DNA of 32,663 bases from a virus (IMGVR_UViG_3300020045_004589:1-32663), one strand, 5' to 3'. Shown: positions 8,783 through 15,690, counted from the stretch's first letter. A program made the numbers and translations. The notes: a model not told the origin generated them from the sequence alone.

Positions 8783-9007
8783 TCATGCGTGGCCCCCGTG
8801 CTTTTGACGCTCGGCCCTGCGCGTCCTGGCCTCACGCTTTCCAACGTAATCTTCTATCGCGTTATCGATAAGAAGTTTCGCCCGTTCTCGGCTTCCCTTG
8901 GCGTAAACGTCAAGCCGTTCGTACAGTTTTTCGTCAATCTTCAAAACGACGGTAATCAATCCTTCCTCCTTCTTAGTCCGTGAGTAGCTCGTCAGGAATG
9001 CACCCAT
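8783..9007 (-). CDS. ribbon-helix-helix-like regulator
   Basis: ITVVLKIDEKLYERLDVYA....AKLLIDNAIEDY pattern. Confidence 0.65.
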   Translation of the reverse strand: MGAFLTSYSRTKKEEGLITVVLKIDEKLYERLDVYAKGSRERAKLLIDNAIEDYVGKREARTRRAERQKHGGHA

Positions 9008-9054
9008 GATTTCTTCGCTACCCTGCGTAGCCCTGCGACTTTTTCGCTATCAAC

Positions 9055-9083
9055 AGATTACACCACGCACGACGATAAATCAA
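9055..9083 (-). promoter_or_regulatory. sigma70-type promoter
   Basis: TTGATT-17bp-TAATCT in intergenic gap. Confidence 0.55.
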
Positions 9084-9121
9084 GCGTTTTGAGAAAATAG
9101 GCATGCGTGGGTTTTTGTGGA

Positions 9122-9394
9122 CTAGTCGGGTGTCTCTAATGGGTTACGGTCGGGGCTTAGGCCGATAGGATTGGACGCTCTTGGTAAAACAATGGCGTTT
9201 CCGCGCTCCAGGTCCTCCGTGCTGATTCCCGCGCATCGAGTCAGACACGCGGCAATGCGTCTAGCGTCTTTTTCGTGTTGCTCTTCCGTATCATCGCTGT
9301 TATCTACGCACGCAATGTATTTGTTACCATAAAACAACCGAACTGAGCCATACACCCATTTGTGTATTGACCATGTGTTTTCAGTATATCCCAT
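9122..9394 (-). CDS. hypothetical phage protein
   Basis: 90 aa with W...DARRI.AC...C.GI.TE.L motif common in phage early genes. Confidence 0.7.
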   Translation of the reverse strand: MGYTENTWSIHKWVYGSVRLFYGNKYIACVDNSDDTEEQHEKDARRIAACLTRCAGISTEDLERGNAIVLPRASNPIGLSPDRNPLETPD

Positions 9395-9398
9395 TCAT

Positions 9399-9674
9399 TC
9401 ACTCCTTCACGTTATACACGTTGACCAACTTGGTCCCCGGCGTACCGTCCTTCCTGATCTTGTAGCCGAGTAGCCAATTGTTACGATACCCTCCGACCTG
9501 AAACTTGACGCCCCGGTCATCCTCGCATATCGAGCCTATGGGATGACTCGCCCACTTGATCGCCATAAGGCGCGACTCGATCTTGTTTATGTCGTGCTGT
9601 AAGACTTTCGATTTTCGGCGTAGGGCGTCCAGTTCCGCGCGTAACGCCTTCGCCTCGGCGTTGTCACCTTGCAT
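9399..9674 (-). CDS. hypothetical phage protein
   Basis: probable start MQGDN at 9674; coiled coil plus KIRKDGTPG motif. Confidence 0.7.
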   Translation of the reverse strand: MQGDNAEAKALRAELDALRRKSKVLQHDINKIESRLMAIKWASHPIGSICEDDRGVKFQVGGYRNNWLLGYKIRKDGTPGTKLVNVYNVKE

Positions 9675-9816
9675 GGATGTCCCACTTTCGTTGATTGCGA
9701 GAACGTCGCCGGTTGAGCCACGGCTGGACCACGTTGAAGTAAAGCCACGCCACGGCCACGATGATGACGACGAGGGCGTAGGGAAGGGCGGAACCGAGGA
9801 AGGCGGCAAGGGTCAT
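9664..9816 (-). CDS. small single-pass membrane protein (50 aa)
   Basis: MTLAAFLGSALPYALVVIIVAVAWLYFNVV...RRRSR; ATGA overlap with upstream ORF. Confidence 0.55.
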   Translation of the reverse strand: MTLAAFLGSALPYALVVIIVAVAWLYFNVVQPWLNRRRSRNQRKWDIHAR

Positions 9817-10016
9817 TTGTCAGCCTCAAGTTTCGCTATCTTCTCACGCAGTTTCAAAACCTCTTCCCGATATACGCTTGCGTCCTCTATGTAAAGACGT
9901 GCTAATTTTAAGTTGTTATCTGACGACTCAAGGGCTAATTGCAGCCTTGCCTCAACCAGGTCAACAATTTTACGCAGGTTTTCGTATGCTCCTTTGTAGT
10001 AATCAAGATCGGTCAT
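9813..10016 (-). CDS. coiled-coil hypothetical protein
   Basis: 67 aa, coupled. Confidence 0.65.
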   Translation of the reverse strand: MTDLDYYKGAYENLRKIVDLVEARLQLALESSDNNLKLARLYIEDASVYREEVLKLREKIAKLEADK

Positions 10017-10177
10017 TTGTGGGCCTCACTAGTAAAGTACAAACACGACTTTGATTTTTTATCTAACTTGAGCGTTATCCATTCCAACCGCTCAGGGTGC
10101 CGGTCTTGGGTTAAAGTCGCAAGGCGCGGACACTTGTTGCACAGCTTAGGTGCGCGGTATCCCATACATGGTGACAT
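10013..10177 (-). CDS. small Cys-containing protein (54 aa)
   Basis: AAGGAGG RBS, MSPCMGYRAPKLCNKC..., stop overlaps next ATG. Confidence 0.6.
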   Translation of the reverse strand: MSPCMGYRAPKLCNKCPRLATLTQDRHPERLEWITLKLDKKSKSCLYFTSEAHK

Positions 10178-10194
10178 AGATCCTCCTTAGATAT

Positions 10195-10265
10195 TCAGGG
10201 CGGAAGGGCTTGAACCTCCGATCGCGGGATCAAAACCCGCCGCCTTACCGCTTGGCTACGCCCCA
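10195..10265 (-). tRNA. trnQ: tRNA-Gln (UUG), CCA not encoded
   Basis: TGGGGCG TA GCCAAGCGGTAAGGC G GCGGG TTTTGAT CCCGC GATC GGAGG TTCAAGC CCTTC CGCCCTG A folds as a cloverleaf. Confidence 0.9.
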
Positions 10266-10314
10266 AAGTTCCCCTCATCGCCCAGGAGGGAGTTGGGACT
10301 GCCAACAAAACAGC

Positions 10315-10392
10315 AGGAGCGAACGGGTAACGATCCCGCCTTGCGTCTGATCCGGCCAGCGGTTTACAAACGCAGTTCCCATGACTCGCCCC
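10315..10392 (-). ncRNA. tRNA-like RNA lacking a D stem
   Basis: acceptor GGGGCGA/TCGCTCC, T arm GCGGG-ATCGTTA-CCCGT, 8-bp stem TGCGTTTG/CAGACGCA. Confidence 0.6.
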
Positions 10393-10526
10393 TAAACACC
10401 CGCGCCGCTTTTCACGACGCAGGGACTTGCAAACCAACAAAACTCACGTTTACTAGTACGCTTTTTCCCGGTGCGCTAACCCGAAAGACTTCTTCGGCTT
10501 ATCCTCCTTTTGTGGCCGAGGCGGAA

Positions 10527-10715
10527 CTACCCGATACGTCTGACCCCAGGTAGATACGACGGCTTCGCTTGCGCCCGGGCCGTAACACCGTGGCGCTTTT
10601 GGTTGATGCGTCTCTCGTCGATGGTGACCGCGATAAACACAGGCGGCGGTATGGTTGCCTCTACCGGTACGACCGGGAAGGCGAAGTTGACGAGGGCCGC
10701 GAGGAGAAGGATCAA
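10527..10715 (-). CDS. small protein with hydrophobic N-terminus
   Basis: TTG start after AAGGAGG. Confidence 0.45.
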   Translation of the reverse strand: MILLLAALVNFAFPVVPVEATIPPPVFIAVTIDERRINQKRHGVTARAQAKPSYLPGVRRIG

Positions 10716-10951
10716 GGCGCCTCCTTTACCAACGCCATGTGTTACGGTTGTAACGAATAGCGCTCATGTGGCGCGCAAGGGCTTTTTTATCTCTAGATAT
10801 TGCGTACCTCAATACGCGCTTCCGCTTTTTTCTCCACGATCCAGGATTTTTCACGTCACCTCCTTCCTGTTTTTCCACTTATCGCAGATGTTAATCTGCA
10901 CCGCACCGGCACAGAAAACCGCCATGATTGTCAGTATCGCAAAGTTGATTA

Positions 10952-11143
10952 TCAGGTCGCGCATGGGGCCTCCTTTTCGATTGGCTCGATGACGACGTTC
11001 AGCCCGTCGTATACTATTTGCGCCTTATCATAGCCAAGCGCCCGCCACTCGTCGAGCTTTGACTCTTTGATGGTCGGCTGAAACTGGCGCCCGCCCTTTT
11101 TTGGGATTTCTACGCTTCCCATAACGATTCTTTGCGTTACCAT
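10952..11143 (-). CDS. AbrB/SpoVT-like small regulator, probably leaderless
   Basis: KKGG.QF..TI......ALG....QIVYDG..VVIEP pattern; first gene after leftward promoter. Confidence 0.5.
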   Translation of the reverse strand: MVTQRIVMGSVEIPKKGGRQFQPTIKESKLDEWRALGYDKAQIVYDGLNVVIEPIEKEAPCAT

Positions 11144-11149
11144 GTCCAT

Positions 11150-11178
11150 AAGATAGCACGCCTAAAACATCTTGTCAA
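11150..11178 (-). promoter_or_regulatory. leftward early promoter
   Basis: TTGACA-17bp-TATCTT with TGn extension and A-tract upstream. Confidence 0.75.
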
Positions 11179-11212
11179 CATATTTTTTCTTTCTTTTTAT
11201 GTTATTTTTATG

Positions 11213-11241
11213 TTGACACGGCCAGTATATGGTAGTATACT
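11213..11241 (+). promoter_or_regulatory. rightward early promoter
   Basis: TTGACA-17bp-TATACT at the strand switch. Confidence 0.85.
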
Positions 11242-11271
11242 GATATCAGATTGAGAGTGAGGAGTGAGAAG

Positions 11272-11454
11272 ATGACAACCAACACGGAGAAATACGACGT
11301 AGAATGCAAAGTGCAAGGGCATTGGTCGAAAGCTCAGATTGGCTTTGACGTAAATGAAACCGAAGCTATATGCGTCGCCGCTTATTGCAGAATGCACGGC
11401 GACGAAACGCGGATCGTACACGCTGATACCCAAGAGATTGCTACAATACAGTAA
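11272..11454 (+). CDS. hypothetical protein
   Basis: ATG 11272 after GAGGAG; first gene of rightward operon. Confidence 0.65.
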   Translation: MTTNTEKYDVECKVQGHWSKAQIGFDVNETEAICVAAYCRMHGDETRIVHADTQEIATIQ

Positions 11455-11530
11455 TCGCAGAGGGGCGCCCACTCGGGCGCTCATGCCCCGCCGTATGGCG
11501 ACGGTAACGAGGATGAGAATGGAGGATAAG

Positions 11531-11743
11531 TGGATGTGTACAAAGGTGGAAGTTGAGTGTTACAAGTGCGGCGCAAGTTTCGACGTAGAAATACCATGCT
11601 TGCCATTTCAGGACGAACGAACGGAAACAAAAAAGGCCGAGTGTCCTATATGTAAATCTGATTGTGGGACGGTTCAAGTAAGCTTAATTATTGCATATCC
11701 CACTCACCTAGCCGCTCACGGGCGGCCTGGACGAACGGACTAG
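11531..11743 (+). CDS. Zn-ribbon protein
   Basis: CYKC...CPIC; start uncertain (GGAGG at 11521). Confidence 0.6.
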   Translation, partial: WMCTKVEVECYKCGASFDVEIPCLPFQDERTETKKAECPICKSDCGTVQVSLIIAYPTHLAAHGRPGRTD

Positions 11744-11754
11744 AAAGGAGATAG

Positions 11755-11949
11755 ATGATGGCTTATCTGTACCAAGTGCGTAATGGGGATGATGTATTAT
11801 ACGAGTCATTCGCAAGAATTAAATGCGTCAAGTTTATGACTCAGGAACAGTTTGATAGTTTGCATTTGAGGCTGTGGAAATTAGAAAATAACACATGGAG
11901 GATTATTGCCGTAAAAATGGGCAATAATAAATTATCGTGGAAACAGTAA
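11755..11949 (+). CDS. hypothetical protein
   Basis: 64 aa, AAGGAG RBS. Confidence 0.65.
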   Translation: MMAYLYQVRNGDDVLYESFARIKCVKFMTQEQFDSLHLRLWKLENNTWRIIAVKMGNNKLSWKQ

Positions 11950-11957
11950 ACACTCCC

Positions 11958-12101
11958 ATGACAAAATCCGCGCTCCTCGCCTCCGTCCAGGCCGAGCGTG
12001 ATCCTAACCGGCTCATGCAGTACGTGAGGAGTTGCTACGACGTGGATGTCGTGAGGGCGGCGGCCAATCGCTGCTATGAACTAATGGAGGGGAAGAAATG
12101 A
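11958..12101 (+). CDS. small hypothetical protein (47 aa)
   Basis: MTKSALLASVQAERDPNRL...; stop overlaps next ATG. Confidence 0.5.
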   Translation: MTKSALLASVQAERDPNRLMQYVRSCYDVDVVRAAANRCYELMEGKK

Positions 12102-12574
12102 AGACGGCATACGAGAAGGCAGTTGACGACATATTCGCAGCCGCGCTTGATGAAAGCACAAATAGGCTCACCACCGAACAATTCAAGAAGGCAATAGCCG
12201 AACATCTCGAAGTAGTTTTCGTACCTCGCATCGAAGAGAAAAGCGACCTTGACAGGCTGCGTGAAGTGGCGCGAGGAGAACAAGCCCCCGCATGGAAGCC
12301 GGAGGACTTGATCGGCAAGCTTGTTGAAATGTGGGATGACGGCTATGAGAACGAAAAACCTGTTTGCATTCTCGATGGGTTTGACATCACCATGAATAAG
12401 TCTTTGCATGGGCATCTAGGCTATGACCACATCCGCCCCCTCACCGAAGCCGAAGCGCTCGCGCTTGTGTGGAAGCCAAAGCCGAAGACGCGGTATGACG
12501 ATTGCCCGGAATGCAAGTCAACATATCCAAACGCACACGCGCCAGACTGCAAAACAGGACAGGCTTTTCAATGA
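12098..12574 (+). CDS. hypothetical phage protein
   Basis: 158 aa, GGAGG RBS, C-terminal CxxC...HxxxC. Confidence 0.75.
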   Translation: MKTAYEKAVDDIFAAALDESTNRLTTEQFKKAIAEHLEVVFVPRIEEKSDLDRLREVARGEQAPAWKPEDLIGKLVEMWDDGYENEKPVCILDGFDITMNKSLHGHLGYDHIRPLTEAEALALVWKPKPKTRYDDCPECKSTYPNAHAPDCKTGQAFQ

Positions 12575-12726
12575 CCGCCACCGTCCAACAGGTAGCCGAC
12601 CAACTGGACCTATCACCTCAGTACGCCGCTAACGTGGTCGCCGAGGTGGAGAACCGCGCACGGTGGATACGCGAACAAGCACAGATAAACGACGACCTTG
12701 AGGTCGCGGAAGAGGACGGGGATTGA
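12571..12726 (+). CDS. small HTH-like protein
   Basis: MTATVQQVADQLDLSPQYAANVV; ATGA overlap. Confidence 0.55.
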   Translation: MTATVQQVADQLDLSPQYAANVVAEVENRARWIREQAQINDDLEVAEEDGD

Positions 12727-12727
12727 T

Positions 12728-13171
12728 ATGCGCGAAAGTGGGTTTTACGGAATAGGTGTATTCATGCCGAAAACAGAGCACAACTATTGGACATTATTCA
12801 GAACCGCGCAAATACTGGACGCTGATTTTCTGTTTCTAATCGGCGCTAGATTCAAAGTCCATTCGGCCGATACGATGTGTTCATATCGTCACATACCGGT
12901 TTTTTCATATACTGATTTTCAGGATTTCAATTCTCATCGCCCATTCGATTGCAAGCTTGTAGGTATAGAGCTTACCGACAACGCAATCGAAGTAAGCGAG
13001 TACAAGCACCCAAAAAGGGCCGTATACTTGCTCGGGGCCGAGGACAACGGCCTATCACGCGAATGCATAGACAATTGCCAAGACATAATAAAGCTACACG
13101 GTAAAAGATCGATGAACGTATCAGTCGCCGGATCAATCGTTTTGTATGATAGGTATAGGAAGCAGATATGA
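12728..13171 (+). CDS. SpoU/TrmH-family (SPOUT) RNA 2'-O-methyltransferase
   Basis: N.WTLFRTA, LVGIE, YLLGAEDNGLS, SMNVSVAGSIVLY motifs. Confidence 0.92.
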   Translation: MRESGFYGIGVFMPKTEHNYWTLFRTAQILDADFLFLIGARFKVHSADTMCSYRHIPVFSYTDFQDFNSHRPFDCKLVGIELTDNAIEVSEYKHPKRAVYLLGAEDNGLSRECIDNCQDIIKLHGKRSMNVSVAGSIVLYDRYRKQI

Positions 13172-13335
13172 ACCGCTGTTCCGTCTGCGGCCACGATATC
13201 CCGCGCGGTAAAGAGAAGGCGCTAGGCCCTGGGGTAGCGATATGCTACTTTTGCGAGTGCATAATCAAAAAAGATGAGAAGCCGCTATGTACGCGCCTTC
13301 ACCGGCCGCGACGAAAAGCGAAAGCTTGCCGATGA
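13168..13335 (+). CDS. small C4 zinc-finger protein (55 aa)
   Basis: MNRCSVCG...GPGVAICYFC (ClpX-ZBD-like); ATGA overlap. Confidence 0.5.
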   Translation: MNRCSVCGHDIPRGKEKALGPGVAICYFCECIIKKDEKPLCTRLHRPRRKAKACR

Positions 13336-13765
13336 ACGACCAGAAGCGCGCACGCTTTTCAAGGCGGTCAGCTTCCTTTTGTGCCTGGGTGATAGAAAGC
13401 GTAGAGGCGTCTAAATCCATCTGCAATTGCCTCGATTTGGCCTCGGATGTCGCCGCCTTGATTTCTGATTGCGTCAGCGATTCCGTCAATGATTCGTTGC
13501 TGGTCGTCAAGTCGTCGTTTGTTTTCTGCAATGATTCGTTGCTGTCCCTTAGCAAGCCGATTCGCATTTCCAATGTCGCTACGAAGTTGTCGAAGTTCTC
13601 CGGTAAGCTCGACGTTTGAATGAGTAGCTCGTTCCAAAGAGCCGAGGGCGGTTGCGAGTTCGGCGGCGAGCTTGCTATCATTTCCTCGGAAAATGATAAA
13701 CACGGAAGCGATAGCCCAAAGGCCAAGAACAGCGATAACAACGTAAAGCCATTTTTTCGACACAT
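13265..13765 (-). CDS. secreted coiled-coil protein, putative o-spanin equivalent
   Basis: signal peptide with Cys22, Pro-rich linker, long coiled coil, hydrophobic C-terminus; end of lysis cassette. Confidence 0.65.
   Translation of the reverse strand: MCRKNGFTLLSLFLAFGLSLPCLSFSEEMIASSPPNSQPPSALWNELLIQTSSLPENFDNFVATLEMRIGLLRDSNESLQKTNDDLTTSNESLTESLTQSEIKAATSEAKSRQLQMDLDASTLSITQAQKEADRLEKRARFWSFIGKLSLFVAAGEGAYIAASHLF
13368..13763 (-). CDS. putative i-spanin (Rz-like)
   Basis: KK + single N-terminal TM helix + heptad coiled coil; nested in another frame. Confidence 0.65.
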   Translation of the reverse strand: MSKKWLYVVIAVLGLWAIASVFIIFRGNDSKLAAELATALGSLERATHSNVELTGELRQLRSDIGNANRLAKGQQRIIAENKRRLDDQQRIIDGIADAIRNQGGDIRGQIEAIADGFRRLYAFYHPGTKGS

Positions 13766-13774
13766 TCGCGCCTC

Positions 13775-14005
13775 TTATTTTTTTGCCGGCCGCTTTGTCT
13801 TTCGCGCCACACGCGCACGCTTCACGTCGCCTTCCTGGTAGAAAGTAAACCCTCTGGTAAACGAAAACGATTTGACGTCAAGTTTGTCGAACACGTATGC
13901 AATAGCCATAAGAAGCACTACTACTCCGAGAATGACGGCGCCAAACGCAATAAGCCATTCCATGAATGACATTTTGTTCATAAGTATTGCAAACGCCTCT
14001 TTCAT
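13775..14005 (-). CDS. holin/antiholin-like membrane protein
   Basis: one TM helix, strongly basic C-tail, between endolysin and spanins. Confidence 0.55.
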   Translation of the reverse strand: MKEAFAILMNKMSFMEWLIAFGAVILGVVVLLMAIAYVFDKLDVKSFSFTRGFTFYQEGDVKRARVARKTKRPAKK

Positions 14006-14013
14006 GTTTCCCC

Positions 14014-14475
14014 CTACGCCTCGAATCCTACATACAAACAGTGCCCGTATCCTTTCGGGTCGTCGTCAACCTTCAAAACTTTTCCAGCCACCGAACGATT
14101 CCAGTAAATGAGCAACGGCGCTCCAGGTTCTTTTCGGTTGATAGGTACAACGTCGTACCCTAGATGAACTTTACCTAGAGCGGATTGATACACGGGATCG
14201 GCGTAATGAGTCGTTATGACTATCGTTTCCTTAAAAAGATCCTTGTCGATGAATAGATTCATCTGACGCGGGGCGGGTTCCGGGGCTCCACCTTCAATGT
14301 CTCGGAGTGTGTACCGAACGTCCTGAAATCCGTGTACGCAATCGGTGTGAAGGTGCGCGGCTGTGCTTTGTCCACTTGTCCCCATTTTACCGATGACGTC
14401 GTCGGTATTTATAGGGTCGCCGACTTCCCAGGCCGGAGCATTTTCAAGGTGAGCAAAACGAACGGTATATTTCAC
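14014..14475 (-). CDS. M23-family peptidase endolysin (circularly permuted)
   Basis: AHL, IGKMGTSGQSTAAHLH, HLGYD, GKV, GYGH motifs. Confidence 0.88.
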   Translation of the reverse strand: MKYTVRFAHLENAPAWEVGDPINTDDVIGKMGTSGQSTAAHLHTDCVHGFQDVRYTLRDIEGGAPEPAPRQMNLFIDKDLFKETIVITTHYADPVYQSALGKVHLGYDVVPINRKEPGAPLLIYWNRSVAGKVLKVDDDPKGYGHCLYVGFEA

Positions 14476-14741
14476 GGCTTAGCCTCTCCCTGGAATGTTC
14501 GCTCAATTCCGACAGGCTGTGATTGATGTCTAGTGCTATTTATAACAGCGTTTGTACTCCATATATTTATGAATATGGATATTACGGATACGGCTATCAT
14601 CATATATGCAGCTCTATTTACTGTTTTATTCTGATCAATGACGGGATGGCTATCAATATGCCCATCTATTTTTTTTTCAAGATTTGATACTTGCACTTCT
14701 AACCTCGCAATGGCAACTTCTGGACTTTCATTGTCGCCCAT
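14472..14741 (-). CDS. holin-like protein (coiled coil + one TM)
   Basis: IARLEVQVSNLEKKID then TM; directly upstream of endolysin. Confidence 0.55.
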   Translation of the reverse strand: MGDNESPEVAIARLEVQVSNLEKKIDGHIDSHPVIDQNKTVNRAAYMMIAVSVISIFINIWSTNAVINSTRHQSQPVGIERTFQGEAKP

Positions 14742-15243
14742 CTCTAATTTCCTTTTTAGCTATCTTTATCGCTTCTTTGGCAACATTGACAGCATCTATG
14801 ACATTTGATGAAATATAATCTTGTAAAGCAATATATACAGTAAATGATAATACGGCATAAAGGGCAGAATCAAAAACCGCACGGAACAGCATGTTTTCTG
14901 CTTTGATAAATTGAAAGTATGAACACATAAACACAATAACGATTGATACTAATATGTAAACACGGGCGATCCGTAAAGTATGGCCAAACGTAAAGAAAAA
15001 CACCGTTGATATTATCATAATTACCATTCCAACGTGAAACACTTGAAATGCCATTATATAGCAAGATGTTATTAATAGCCCAATTAATTCGGAATATTTA
15101 CTTATTTTATTGTTAGATATTAACGCTGCAAAAAAAGGTATCGTTAATAGTGTGTATTGAGGTTCACCAATAATATAATGTTTGAAGGCTACAACGACTG
15201 AGAATGCTAAAAATATTGCCGCCGTAGCCTTTCTTGGTATCAT
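14728..15243 (-). CDS. multi-pass membrane protein
   Basis: about 5-6 hydrophobic segments; AT-rich DNA. Confidence 0.7.
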   Translation of the reverse strand: MIPRKATAAIFLAFSVVVAFKHYIIGEPQYTLLTIPFFAALISNNKISKYSELIGLLITSCYIMAFQVFHVGMVIMIISTVFFFTFGHTLRIARVYILVSIVIVFMCSYFQFIKAENMLFRAVFDSALYAVLSFTVYIALQDYISSNVIDAVNVAKEAIKIAKKEIRDGRQ

Positions 15244-15657
15244 TTACCAACCATAGTTTTTTACAGCCGTTTCAACAGAAAAGATATCTTTTATGTCTGG
15301 ATACTTTTCTTCATCAATCAGTGCTATGACTATCAGTTTTTCTTTTTCATCTATGTATTGAGTTTCGCCATGCTCTATTTCATAATGTGAGGCTTCCCAT
15401 ATTTTGAAAAGATTTACAAAATGATCGGCTCTACCAACGTCGTGTGGAAACGCCCTAAATGCAAAGAACACACGAAGGCGATGACCTAATTCTTTTCTGT
15501 CGCGTTCGTTGCGATAAAACGGGGATTCTTTGCCTTTTTCTCTTTCGTCATTATATGCCGCTATAATTCCAGGGACCCAACGAGCGGGTTCATCGGCAAA
15601 ACATGCCCCCGGAATTTGAACTGCAATATCAAGCACATTTACCATGTTACACTCCAA
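15244..15657 (-). CDS. hypothetical protein
   Basis: about 133-137 aa; likely start MVNVLD after GGAG. Confidence 0.7.
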   Translation of the reverse strand: MECNMVNVLDIAVQIPGACFADEPARWVPGIIAAYNDEREKGKESPFYRNERDRKELGHRLRVFFAFRAFPHDVGRADHFVNLFKIWEASHYEIEHGETQYIDEKEKLIVIALIDEEKYPDIKDIFSVETAVKNYGW

Positions 15658-15690
15658 TCAAAATATAGCCCCTTACACAAGGGGTGTAAG

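Noticed and set aside
10512-10583. Possible ribozyme-like fold (GGCCCGGGCG/CGCCTCGGCC and CTACCTGG/TCGGGTAG stems)
   Set aside because: No hammerhead, twister, pistol or HDV core recognised, and it overlaps a plausible ORF end; may still be part of the RNA cluster
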